From NCBI GenBank assembly GCA_903837175.1, contig CAILTR010000101.1:1-57358 (forward strand): a stretch of 57,358 nucleotides of DNA. The letters run 5' to 3'. The notes under the pieces are model-generated. The model was not told where the DNA came from, ran no database searches, and saw only the letters and a list, made by a program, of their open reading frames with translations. The position numbers were made by a program, and so were the translations under genes. Below are positions 9,126 to 18,271 of this stretch, one piece after another (the first letter of the stretch is position 1; each line of letters begins with the position of its first letter). Source of the DNA: an uncultured bacterium. GTDB lineage: Bacteria > Patescibacteriota > Minisyncoccia > Moranbacterales > GWC2-37-73.

Positions 9126-10577
9126 ATGGCCAAAGATGACGTCGCTATCAGATTTAATAAAGTAACCTTTGAATATTCTCACGAAAAGCCGATTTTGGAT
9201 GAGGCCTCTTTTGCACTCCGTCGAGGGACAAAGATGACCCTGATGGGTCAAAACGGAGCTGGCAAGAGTACGATTTTAAATTTAATTACGGGCGAACTAA
9301 AACCAGAAGATGGCTCTATCTACGTTGATAGCGGTCTGACTATCGCCTATGCTAAGCAGGTAATCCCACGGGAGCAATTGGAGCTAACTGTGAAAGAATT
9401 TTTTGAAAAATGTTTTGACGAAAAAATCTATAATCTTGATCCGAAAATCGACGCTGTCCTAGACGCCGTGAATTTACATGCCCCGAAGGATAAAATTATC
9501 AAAGCTTTTTCCGGCGGTCAGCAAGCGCGACTTCTGATGGCTTCCGCCCTGATTCAAAATGCCGAGCTTTTGATTTTAGATGAGCCAACTAATAATTTGG
9601 ATAAAGCTGGGATTGCTCATTTGACAGCTTTCTTAATGAACTACAACAAAACTTGTATTGTAATTTCGCATGATGCCGACTTTCTAAATTCTTTTACAGA
9701 CGGCGTGCTTTATTTAGATGTCTTTACCCATAAGGTTGATCAATACTTAGGGGATTACTATGTGGTAGTAGCTGAAATTGCAGCCCGGATTGAAAAAGAA
9801 AAAATGAAAAATGCTCAGTATGAAAAAGAAATTATTGCCAATAAAGAAAAAGCTAACTTCTTTGCGAATAAAGGAGGGAAGATGAGGTTAGTAGCTCGTC
9901 GGATGCGCGATAAAGCAGCTGAAATGGAAGAAGCGAAAGTGGATGTGCGGAAAGAAGATAAAGCGATTAGAGCGTTTACGATTCCAGTCCAGGAAAATCT
10001 CGGTGGCGAGATTTTACAAATTTCTTCACTGACGGTTATTAAAAATCATGAGCCCGAGGAAAAGCAAGTTAGCGTTTCACTCAAAAAAGATACGCATCTT
10101 CTCTTGGCGGGACCAAATGGGATTGGAAAAAGTACGCTGCTTGAGTCTTTGGCGGATGGCCGGGCCAAGGGCGCAAAATACGCCGAAGGCGTGCGAATTG
10201 GTTATTATCGCCAAGATTTTTCGACGCTTAATTTTGAGGATACCGTGTATGAATCTTTAGCTGGCGCGATGCAAACTACTGACGAAGAAAAGCTGCGGAG
10301 CGTAGCCTCAGGTTTTTTAATTGACGGTAAGCTTATTAATTCAAAGATTGGTACCCTTTCAGAAGGACAAAAGGGGCTAGTAGCTTTTGCGCGTTTAGTA
10401 TTGGAGGAACCAGGCCTGTTAGTCTTAGATGAACCAACTAACCACATTAATTTTCGTCACTTGCCAATTATTGCCCAAGCCCTGAGTAAATATCAAGGCG
10501 CGATGGTTTTAGTTAGTCACGTCGCGGATTTTGTCGAGCAAGTTAGGATTGATGAAACTTTGGATTTGGAGCGATAG
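9126..10577 (+). CDS. ABC-F family ATP-binding protein
   Basis: Two ABC domains (GQNGAGKS/FSGGQ/LDEPTN; GPNGIGKS/LSEGQ/LDEPTN), no TM segments. Confidence 0.93.
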   Translation: MAKDDVAIRFNKVTFEYSHEKPILDEASFALRRGTKMTLMGQNGAGKSTILNLITGELKPEDGSIYVDSGLTIAYAKQVIPREQLELTVKEFFEKCFDEKIYNLDPKIDAVLDAVNLHAPKDKIIKAFSGGQQARLLMASALIQNAELLILDEPTNNLDKAGIAHLTAFLMNYNKTCIVISHDADFLNSFTDGVLYLDVFTHKVDQYLGDYYVVVAEIAARIEKEKMKNAQYEKEIIANKEKANFFANKGGKMRLVARRMRDKAAEMEEAKVDVRKEDKAIRAFTIPVQENLGGEILQISSLTVIKNHEPEEKQVSVSLKKDTHLLLAGPNGIGKSTLLESLADGRAKGAKYAEGVRIGYYRQDFSTLNFEDTVYESLAGAMQTTDEEKLRSVASGFLIDGKLINSKIGTLSEGQKGLVAFARLVLEEPGLLVLDEPTNHINFRHLPIIAQALSKYQGAMVLVSHVADFVEQVRIDETLDLER

Positions 10578-10614
10578 AAAACATAATTGTAAAAGTTAGC
10601 GAGGCTTATTTTCA

Positions 10615-10643
10615 TTGACTTTTCCATCATTTAGGTGTATACT
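10615..10643 (+). promoter_or_regulatory. Sigma70-type promoter
   Basis: TTGACT-17-TATACT. Confidence 0.7.
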
Positions 10644-10711
10644 TGGTTTATAGCTAAATAGATAGAGCAAAAACGGGTGAAAGCCCGTTTTTGCTCTTTT
10701 TTAAAACAAAC

Positions 10712-11362
10712 ATGAAAAAGCCAGTGAAGAAAAATCTTAAAAAAACCCCTAAAGCAAAGAAAACTCCTCACTTTGGCGTTTTTACTTACGGCGAAATTGA
10801 CCCAGCTAAGGGTAAATTGCTTTTACTTGTGTTGGCGATTATCTTTACGGGAACGCTAGCTGTTGTTTCAAGCATCGCCCTGTTAAAGGATAAAGAGGTT
10901 ACCCAAATTGCAGCGCCTTTTATTCGACCGCAAACGCCAATGGAAATAAGAGTCAATGCTCTTGTAGCAGGTTACCCGATTGCGGAAATGACCCCATATA
11001 TTTTTTCCAAGGATCCCAAGGTAGCCGCTTTTATGATCGCGATTGCTAAGAAGGAAAGTGCTTGGGGTAGACGAAGCCCGGTTTTGGCGGGTAGAGATTG
11101 TTATAATTATTGGGGCTTTAGACTCAAAACTGATTCTATGGGTAGTGGTGGGCATACTTGTTTTGATACTCCGCAGGAAGCAGTGGACGTCGTGGCTAGT
11201 CGCATTGACGAATTAGTTAATCAAGAAAAGCTTGATTCACCGAAGGAAATGATTGTCTGGAAATGTGGTTATGGTTGTCAGGATCTGGATAAGACGGCTT
11301 CTGAAAAAAAATGGATTAGCGATGTGGATATTTATTATAGTAAACTTAAAGGCTACTTATAA
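10712..11362 (+). CDS. Membrane-anchored lysozyme-like protein, paralog B
   Basis: Closely similar to the C-terminal half of 7413..8480 (AIAKKESAWG, DCYNYWG, GGHTCF, VWKCG, KWISDVD). ATG 10712 preferred. Confidence 0.55.
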   Translation: MKKPVKKNLKKTPKAKKTPHFGVFTYGEIDPAKGKLLLLVLAIIFTGTLAVVSSIALLKDKEVTQIAAPFIRPQTPMEIRVNALVAGYPIAEMTPYIFSKDPKVAAFMIAIAKKESAWGRRSPVLAGRDCYNYWGFRLKTDSMGSGGHTCFDTPQEAVDVVASRIDELVNQEKLDSPKEMIVWKCGYGCQDLDKTASEKKWISDVDIYYSKLKGYL

Positions 11363-11527
11363 AGGTAGCCTTTTGTTCAAACACATAAGTCCTAAAATAA
11401 TTTTATTTTTATTAGTATGGTGCGTGTAAATATTTTACCCCGCCTTTTTTTGTTTATGAACCTCGGCTTTCTTGGAAAAGAAAAATGTGCTATACTTGGA
11501 AAATGTTAATCATTAAAGAGGAAGTTC

Positions 11528-11673
11528 ACCCTGTTAAATAATTTTAAAAAATTGCTATTTTTTTAAAATTAAAATTTGAATCGAAACAAATAAAACAGGT
11601 GAGGAAGAATATAAAAATTAATTTATAAATAAACTGAACCGCTTATGGGGGTTCAAATTTTATTTAACAGGGT
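11528..11673. repeat. Element bounded by perfect 14-bp inverted repeats
   Basis: ACCCTGTTAAATAA (11528-11541) / TTATTTAACAGGGT (11660-11673). Confidence 0.7.
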
Positions 11674-11675
11674 AA

Positions 11676-12050
11676 ATGCAAAACGTTCAAGAAGTTTTTA
11701 ACCATATTAGGGAGATGAAGAAGGAGCAGAAGGATTTGAGGGATATGTATAAAGATGCCTTGGTGCAGGCTGATGAGTATGAGGAAGTAGTAGAAGAGAT
11801 TACTAAGTTACGAGAAAAGAAACAACAAATTGAAGCTAGGATTCAAGCTGAACTCGGAAGGGCTTGGGAGAAGTTCGATGATTTAAAGCGAGAAGTCGAA
11901 ACTGAGAAAGAAATGCTTAATGATATTGCCCTGACAACCTTAATGAAGGGTGAAACCGTGGAGGTCAAAGATGAATTTGATAATCCATACGAACCAACTT
12001 GGAAAGTGAATTTTAAAAAGGCCAACGGGGGGACAACGACGGGGAAATAA
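11676..12050 (+). CDS. Hypothetical coiled-coil protein
   Basis: Clean 124-aa ORF, E/K-rich helical composition. Confidence 0.8.
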   Translation: MQNVQEVFNHIREMKKEQKDLRDMYKDALVQADEYEEVVEEITKLREKKQQIEARIQAELGRAWEKFDDLKREVETEKEMLNDIALTTLMKGETVEVKDEFDNPYEPTWKVNFKKANGGTTTGK

Positions 12051-12115
12051 GAAGCAAAAGGTAAGTTATAGGCGATGAAAAACATTTGCGCTTCCTATTA
12101 AGAGTCTTTATACTT

Positions 12116-12178
12116 AGTCATCAGTCATCAGTAAGCCGTCATCTTAACCTGATGACTAGTTGCTAATGACTGATGACT
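12116..12178. repeat. Inverted heptamer array (AGTCATC / GATGACT)
   Basis: agtcatc x2 ... ctgatgact...ctaatgactgatgact upstream of dus. Confidence 0.8.
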
Positions 12179-12233
12179 TTTAATTTGTAAGAGAAATCAT
12201 TTTAAATTAATAAATTTATACCTCTAGATTATT

Positions 12234-13220
12234 ATGCTTGAAAAAGAAAATAATTTTTGGCAAAAGTTGGCGGCAGGAAACAAGCCGTTTTTTGTGTTGG
12301 CGCCGATGGCGGATGTAACAGACTATGCTCAGCGACAAATGCTGGCAAAATATGGGAAACCGGATGTGACTTTCACGGAGTTTGTGAGCGCCGATGGTTT
12401 GGTTAGCGAAAAGGGTCGAGCGGTTTTTCTGAAAGAATTACGCTTCGGAGAAAATGAACGTCCAATTGTGGCGCAGCTTTTTGGCGCTAAGCCAGAAAAT
12501 ATTAAAAAAGCCGTGGCTATCATAGCGGAGCTGGGTTTTGACGGCGTCGATCTTAATATGGGCTGTCCAGATAAGGCTGTAATCAAACAGGGAGCCGGTA
12601 GCGCCCTGATTAGAACGCCAGGGTTAGCCAGAGAGCTAATTCGCGCTGCCAAGGAAGGGGCGGGCAAAATGCCCGTTTCAGTCAAGACTCGGATTGGTTT
12701 TTCTAAAAATGAAATTGAAACATGGCTGCCGGAAATTTTAGCGGAAAAGCCAGCTGCCCTGACAGTACATTTACGGACGAAAAAGGAAATGTCCGAAGTT
12801 CCCGCGCATTGGGAATTGGCACCAAAGATAGTTGAAATGGCAAAAGAAGCTAGCGTGGTAATTATTGGCAATGGCGACGTGGTGAGTTTGGCAGATGGAA
12901 AGGAAAAAGCCAGAAAATCTGGCATGGATGGGATTATGGTTGGACGCGGAATTTTTGGCAACCCTTGGTTTTTCAATGAAGAAATTGATATCAAAAATAT
13001 TTCGCTAGCCGAAAAGTTTCGCGTAGCGATTGAGCACGCGAAATTTTTTGAAAAAGAATTAAGCTCTCAGCATATTAAAGGCTATCACGTCATGAAAAAG
13101 CATTTTAAAGCCTACGTGTCTGAGTTTGAAGGCGCTAAAGAGCTTCGCGCCAAACTGATGGAAACCGAGAAGGTCAGTGAGGCGGAGATAATATTGAAAG
13201 AATATCTTAAAAATTTGTAA
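12234..13220 (+). CDS. dus: tRNA-dihydrouridine synthase (DusB-like)
   Basis: LAPMADVTD, DLNMGCP, SVKTRIG, GNGDV, MVGRG..GNPW. Confidence 0.95.
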   Translation: MLEKENNFWQKLAAGNKPFFVLAPMADVTDYAQRQMLAKYGKPDVTFTEFVSADGLVSEKGRAVFLKELRFGENERPIVAQLFGAKPENIKKAVAIIAELGFDGVDLNMGCPDKAVIKQGAGSALIRTPGLARELIRAAKEGAGKMPVSVKTRIGFSKNEIETWLPEILAEKPAALTVHLRTKKEMSEVPAHWELAPKIVEMAKEASVVIIGNGDVVSLADGKEKARKSGMDGIMVGRGIFGNPWFFNEEIDIKNISLAEKFRVAIEHAKFFEKELSSQHIKGYHVMKKHFKAYVSEFEGAKELRAKLMETEKVSEAEIILKEYLKNL

Positions 13221-13277
13221 TTTAAAATTTAAAATCAAAACAAAATAAAAAAATGTGCACATAGTATCGGTATTGTA

Positions 13278-13323
13278 CATAGCGTGTCAAATAAATGCAT
13301 ATGCATTTATTTGACACGCTATG
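13278..13323. repeat. Perfect 46-bp palindrome
   Basis: CATAGCGTGTCAAATAAATGCAT|ATGCATTTATTTGACACGCTATG, no spacer. Confidence 0.95.
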
Positions 13324-13415
13324 GGAAATATAACGCAGGAATAAAGATGTTTTCTTATTGGAGGTATCTTTTTGTCGGTTCAATGTCTCTGACTTGAACC
13401 GTTTTTTCTTTTTAA

Positions 13416-14144
13416 TTATTGACTTAGCCACATAATTTCAAAAATGCTTTTCAAGGTATCGTAAATTTTTTTGCTTTCGATAATCAAGGCGATATTTTCG
13501 CGGTGCGCGATGATGGCAATTTTATCTTTAGAATAGAGATTGATTTCAGCTGAGAAAGTGAATTGATTTGATTTGATAATTTTCATTTGGCGTAGGTGCT
13601 TGGGGTCTTTTTCATTCATGCCGTTCATAAAAGCTGATTGGACGGCAAACATCCGCAGGGGAATTTTCTGGGCAATTCTTTTTTGCATATAATAGTCGAG
13701 GATAAAGGACTTGTCGAAGAAGTCGATCCGGTCATCGGAATACCACCCCAAGATTTCGGTGTCTTTGTATTGCAGGGTGTCTTTATAAACATCTTTGATG
13801 CCTTCGACGCCTTCAAAATAGCGAACTTTGGGTTTGCGTTCCATGGCATTGGCAATTGAAAGCAATTCCGGCATTAGTTTGCTGATGGTTTCAGTTTTTT
13901 CGCGCAGGTGTTCTTCAATTCGCAATGGGTTTTCGGCCAGATAGATGTTATGGCCTTTTCTCTTCACAAGGCTAACATAGCCTTTATTTTTCAGGGCTTC
14001 GATTTCAAGATAGACCGTCGCACGCTTGATGCCCGATTTTTGGGTGATTTTAGCAATATTGCCTTCACCCAATTCCAAAAGAGCCAGATAGACTTTGGCT
14101 TCTTTTTCGCTGAAGCCCGCCTCGATTAAATTTTGGTATAACAT
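13416..14144 (-). CDS. TrmB-family transcriptional regulator
   Basis: GFSEKEAKVYLALL wHTH, RATVY, PKVRYFEG.EGI, PLD-like effector domain. Confidence 0.88.
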   Translation of the reverse strand: MLYQNLIEAGFSEKEAKVYLALLELGEGNIAKITQKSGIKRATVYLEIEALKNKGYVSLVKRKGHNIYLAENPLRIEEHLREKTETISKLMPELLSIANAMERKPKVRYFEGVEGIKDVYKDTLQYKDTEILGWYSDDRIDFFDKSFILDYYMQKRIAQKIPLRMFAVQSAFMNGMNEKDPKHLRQMKIIKSNQFTFSAEINLYSKDKIAIIAHRENIALIIESKKIYDTLKSIFEIMWLSQ

Positions 14145-14159
14145 ATTTTTATATTTTTA

Positions 14160-14334
14160 GGAAACTAAGTTAGAAATTTTTACTTCCCTTGTTTACTTTT
14201 TAGGACACGCTCTTGGCTAGGAACTATAGCCAATCGCTCAGAATTCACTGTCGTTCATAATGGTCTAAAAAGTAAACAAGCTCGTAAAAATTCAAAGGTA
14301 TTATTTAACTAGAGACATGACTTGATTGTGACCC
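14160..14334. mobile_element. MITE-like structured repeat, copy 2 (in the predicted trmB 5' leader)
   Basis: GAAACTAAGTTAGAAATTTTTAC...AAGCTCGTAAAAATT core, ends TGACCC; left TIR degenerate. Confidence 0.72.
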
Positions 14335-14371
14335 TTTTTTCTTAAAATGATATAAAAGCTGTTACTATTTC

Positions 14372-14400
14372 ATTATACGCTTATTTGGCTTAAAAGTCAA
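14372..14400 (-). promoter_or_regulatory. Sigma70-type promoter for trmB
   Basis: Minus strand TTGACT-17-TATAAT. Confidence 0.75.
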
Positions 14401-14448
14401 CTAAATTGGTCTATTTTTAAAGTAATATAGTCAATATTGCAAATATTC

Positions 14449-14476
14449 TTGATATTATTTTTCTTTAGCCTATAAT
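14449..14476 (+). promoter_or_regulatory. Sigma70-type promoter for the radical SAM gene
   Basis: TTGATA-16-TATAAT. Confidence 0.55.
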
Positions 14477-14597
14477 AACCAGTTACGATGAATGGTTCAT
14501 TGTGACAAGCTCATTGAAAATTGAATATACTATTTTTTCCTTTTGATTTTTGTGCTCTCCGGCCGGAAGCATAATCAATCAATAAAAGGAGAAAACA

Positions 14598-15725
14598 ATG
14601 AAAAACGAAACTACTAAGCATTATGGCAGGGAAATGAATATTGTCCCTGGTAAACTAATAGACATCTGGATTGCCGTTCCAGCCTATTGCAACCTGGCAT
14701 GTTCGTATTGCTACGCTTGTGGTGGTGAAGCAGTTAAGGTTGATAATATTTTAGTATGGACTGAATTTGAAAAACTTTTGGAGCAAGCTGCCTTAATGGG
14801 AGTTAAGTCGGTTGGAATTCCTGGAGCTGGCGAGCCACTGCTTCCACGTAATCGCGAGCTAACAATGAAAATCCTCACGAAGTGTAAAGAGCTGGGATTG
14901 TATGTGACCCTTTTTACAACAGGGGAATTCATTGATGAGCAAATGGCAGTTGAGCTTTCTAATTTTCCGCTTGAGATTATGCTCAAGTGCAACACGCTTA
15001 ATGCGAAAAAACAGGATCAATTTGTTTCCGATCCAAAACGTGGAAAAATCATCCATGGTTATGGCGAGAAGCGCAACCGTGCTCTTGGGTTTCTTATGGA
15101 CGCAGGCTTTAATGATAGCAAGCTTTGCCAGGAAAAGTTTGGCGAAAAAACAATTACCAGACTTTCGCTTGTGACTTCAATCATGACCAACGAGAGTGAT
15201 TTGAGTAATCTTGATGATATGGTTGAGCTTCTACGCTTTTGCAGAAAAAACAATATCCATCTTGATTGCGATGACATCTTGACCGTTGGGCGTGGGGCTG
15301 GGTGCGAACTTTGCATCGCGGAGGAAAAGTTTCGCGACAAAGTGACTGAGCTTTGCGAAATTGACCACGAAGAATTTGGTCGCGACTGGGAAGTTTCTTC
15401 TGGCTATATCGCCGGCATGGTTTGCGGCAGGTATGCTTATCATCTTTTTGTTGACCAACATGGTGATATCCATCCATGTATTGGAGCTGAGAAAGTTATT
15501 CTTGGTAACATCAAAACCATGACGCTTGAGCAGGCCTGGGAAAGTCCAGTAATGCAAATCATTCGTTCGCGCAATTATGGAGGATCTTGCGCACAGTGCC
15601 TGAATTTTAAAGAGCACAAATGCAATAGTTGCTTGGGCAGGCGGACGAAAAATCTGACGACGGAAAAAATTCTCGCCAGTGGAGAAGTTGAAACAATTGG
15701 TTGCTGGAATTGTCGTAAAGTTTAA
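14598..15725 (+). CDS. Radical SAM protein with SPASM domain
   Basis: CNLACSYC, GAGEP, C...VDQHGDIHPC...LGNI...CAQC...CNSC...C; strong AAGGAG SD. Confidence 0.9.
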   Translation: MKNETTKHYGREMNIVPGKLIDIWIAVPAYCNLACSYCYACGGEAVKVDNILVWTEFEKLLEQAALMGVKSVGIPGAGEPLLPRNRELTMKILTKCKELGLYVTLFTTGEFIDEQMAVELSNFPLEIMLKCNTLNAKKQDQFVSDPKRGKIIHGYGEKRNRALGFLMDAGFNDSKLCQEKFGEKTITRLSLVTSIMTNESDLSNLDDMVELLRFCRKNNIHLDCDDILTVGRGAGCELCIAEEKFRDKVTELCEIDHEEFGRDWEVSSGYIAGMVCGRYAYHLFVDQHGDIHPCIGAEKVILGNIKTMTLEQAWESPVMQIIRSRNYGGSCAQCLNFKEHKCNSCLGRRTKNLTTEKILASGEVETIGCWNCRKV

Positions 15726-15741
15726 GCAATCAAAACGGTTA

Positions 15742-15777
15742 AAGGCGAGACATTGGATATGTCTCGCCTTCTTTTTT
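15742..15777 (+). terminator. Intrinsic terminator
   Basis: AAGGCGAGACAT / ATGTCTCGCCTT plus T tract. Confidence 0.85.
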
Positions 15778-15850
15778 AATTTAGTAAACATGTTGTTAAA
15801 TAAAAAAGCTGTAAAGTTTAGCTAGTTCTATAAAACAAAAAGGAGATACT

Positions 15851-16471
15851 ATGAGTAAAAAATGCAAAGAAAATGGAAACAGTAATTCTATCCTGACAAA
15901 GTATGCCCGGCTTAATTACTGGAGCCAAGTTGATACTAGACCGGTTCCAGCCTGGCTGAATAAATATGAGGTTGGGAGTGGAAGTTTCTTTTACAATGGA
16001 GAGAGAATTTCCTATTCAATCATCAGCAAAGATTTTGAACCGAGGCTTCCTGGTTTCGTTGGCTTTCCAGAAGGGCACCTCTTCATTTCAGAAGAGGTGC
16101 CTAAAGATTACTGGAAATCCATGCTGATTCATGAGTGGCTGGAATTCACTCAGTTTGCCGGTCAAAAAGGTAGATGCGTGAAAGCCTTGAAGCGTGAGTT
16201 GGATTTCGCGCCTAAGGGAGACGGGCGCATGGCGTATCTAAAATACCGAGAGTTATTCTTTGAAGGACTCATTGAATTTTATCGCGACTCTAATGAGGTG
16301 AGCGATGAATTCAAATCGGAAATTCAAGGGAGCTATGAACTGTTAAGAAAACTGATAGCTCAGCTAGAGATAGAAAATCTTCCGGCTGAATGTCTTGGCG
16401 GTCATTCTCTTGCAGAATTCGACAATCTGGATGTCTTTGAAAGAAGAAAGATTATCTTGAGAGAAAAGTAA
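15851..16471 (+). CDS. Hypothetical protein with HExxE motif
   Basis: AAGGAG SD; LIHEWLE motif; own downstream terminator. Confidence 0.75.
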   Translation: MSKKCKENGNSNSILTKYARLNYWSQVDTRPVPAWLNKYEVGSGSFFYNGERISYSIISKDFEPRLPGFVGFPEGHLFISEEVPKDYWKSMLIHEWLEFTQFAGQKGRCVKALKRELDFAPKGDGRMAYLKYRELFFEGLIEFYRDSNEVSDEFKSEIQGSYELLRKLIAQLEIENLPAECLGGHSLAEFDNLDVFERRKIILREK

Positions 16472-16585
16472 ACGGTCGTTAAATAAAACCCCCAAAGAGC
16501 CTGACCAGCTCTTTTTTTATTGGGCAAAATTTTTATTTAAAAATAATGTGATATAATAAAAAGGTAATTATTAACTTTAAAACTT

Positions 16586-16930
16586 ATGAAAATTATTTTG
16601 CATTGGTTTTTGCGGGCGGTGGCGGTTTTGATTACGGCGTATTTATTGCCAGGGGTTATCTTGGAAAGTTTTTTTGTAGCCCTTGTCGTAGCAGTGGTTT
16701 TAGGATTTTTTAACACAATCCTGAGACCGATTTTGGTTGTGCTGACGTTGCCAATTAATATTTTGACTTTGGGGCTCTTTACCTTTGTCATCAATGCGGT
16801 CTTGGTTTTGCTTGCTAGCAATGTAGTTCCAGGTTTCCATGTGAGTGGATTTTTGACGGCACTACTTTTCAGTGTAATTCTTTCGGTTATTAGTGGGGTG
16901 TTGAATATTTTTGAACCGAAAGAAAAATAG
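16586..16930 (+). CDS. YvlD/DUF360 (phage holin 4_2-like) membrane protein
   Basis: N.ILRPIL..LTLPINILTLGLF.FVINA signature. Confidence 0.9.
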   Translation: MKIILHWFLRAVAVLITAYLLPGVILESFFVALVVAVVLGFFNTILRPILVVLTLPINILTLGLFTFVINAVLVLLASNVVPGFHVSGFLTALLFSVILSVISGVLNIFEPKEK

Positions 16931-17013
16931 ATTATAGATGTTAGAGCTTAGATTTTAGAATCACTACGGATTACGAATTTTTAAGAGTCCACAAATCTAC
17001 AAAAATTGAGGGC

Positions 17014-17189
17014 TAACTTTTCTTTTTAGGAAAGAAAAGTTACAAAAGAAAATCGCACCTGATGAAGATACTGTGGCAAAAACTTCGTTCCTCGCTAAAA
17101 TTCCCGCTGCACTTTTTCTGCTGAAAAAGCTCGCTGAAAATTTTTTAACGCTCATCACTTGTTTTTTGCCTACGTACTTCATATGGTGC
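17014..17189. repeat. Large structured palindromic element
   Basis: 12-bp perfect hairpin TAACTTTTCTTT/AAAGAAAAGTTA, then a long imperfect stem GCACC..ATGAAG..GGCAAAAA / TTTTTGCC..CTTCAT..GGTGC. Confidence 0.6.
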
Positions 17190-17308
17190 AGAAAGAATGC
17201 AAAATGCAAATACAAAAAAGCACATTGTGTGATGGCTTAGGAGAAAACTGAATATGTAAAATACGCAACAAACAAAGTTACTAGCTACTTGTTACTAGTT
17301 ACTAATAA

Positions 17309-18271
17309 TTATTTTTCCTTATCGAGTTCATTCAAAAGCTCTTTGATTTTTTGTAGTTGATCCCAATTGTGGATGGAAATTGGAAAGACATTTTTGCTGA
17401 GTTTTTTGGCTTTGGTGAGAATTTTTTTGAGCTGGCTTTCGCTGACTGTGTCGGAGCGTGAGATGAGGATGTATTGCGGTTTTTCAAGCAGGGCGGGGTT
17501 ATAGGCCTCGAGTTCAGCGCGGATAGTCTTATAATCAGCCATAATATCTTCGCTATCAGCGGCTAGAAAATGGAAAAGAATCTTAGTGCGTTCAACGTGT
17601 TTAAGAAATTTAATTCCAAGTCCCTTACCTTCGGAGGCGCCTTCGATTAACCCTGGGATATCAGCTAAAATTAAACCATAGTAAACACCTAAGTTTGGTT
17701 CTAGGGTTGTAAATTGATAGTTAGCGACTTTAACGCTGGCATTAGTAAGTTCATTAAGTAAACTGGATTTACCAAGGTTCGGCAAGCCTACAAAGCCGAT
17801 GTCGGCAATCATTTTAAGCTGCAAATGCAGGCTGGCGTGCTCGCCTTTTTTCCCGAATTCAAATTCTTTTGGGGTTGTATTTTTAGCCGAGCGGAAGAGG
17901 AAGTTTCCGCGCCCACCGCGGCCACCTTTAACGGCTAAAACTCTTTCGCCAACCTTAGTAATTTCAATGGCTTGTTTATTCTCAGTATTGGTAATAACGG
18001 TGCCGACTGGTAATTTAATAATTAAATCTTTACCATCTGGACCATCGCAAAATTGACCCTTGCCTTCGCGGCCATCTTCGGCAAAAAGTTGTTTTTTAAA
18101 ACGGAATTGGTTAAAAGCGTTAAGATCTGAAACACCTTCAAAATAGACGCTGGCGCCTTTGCCACCACTTCCACCAGCTGGCCCAAGGCTCATCAGGTTC
18201 TTATTAAAGCCTGCGCAACCTTTACCGCCGTCTCCAGCTGAGATTTCAATTTTGACATCATCTAATAGCAT
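17309..18271 (-). CDS. obg: GTPase Obg/CgtA (no C-terminal domain)
   Basis: Gly-rich Obg fold, GLPNLGKSS, FTTLEPNLG, ADIPGLIEGA. Confidence 0.96.
   Translation of the reverse strand: MLLDDVKIEISAGDGGKGCAGFNKNLMSLGPAGGSGGKGASVYFEGVSDLNAFNQFRFKKQLFAEDGREGKGQFCDGPDGKDLIIKLPVGTVITNTENKQAIEITKVGERVLAVKGGRGGRGNFLFRSAKNTTPKEFEFGKKGEHASLHLQLKMIADIGFVGLPNLGKSSLLNELTNASVKVANYQFTTLEPNLGVYYGLILADIPGLIEGASEGKGLGIKFLKHVERTKILFHFLAADSEDIMADYKTIRAELEAYNPALLEKPQYILISRSDTVSESQLKKILTKAKKLSKNVFPISIHNWDQLQKIKELLNELDKEK

Noticed and set aside
12329..12994. 221-aa antisense ORF and similar shadow ORFs in typA, radical SAM, rpoB/C, recA, uvrB
   Set aside because: Fully overlap well-supported genes on the opposite strand or in another frame.
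14488..14505. RiPP precursor upstream of the radical SAM gene
   Set aside because: Only a 5-codon ORF (MNGSL) with no SD.
16997..17215. 72-aa minus-strand ORF
   Set aside because: Coincides with the palindromic element; no protein-like features or start signals.
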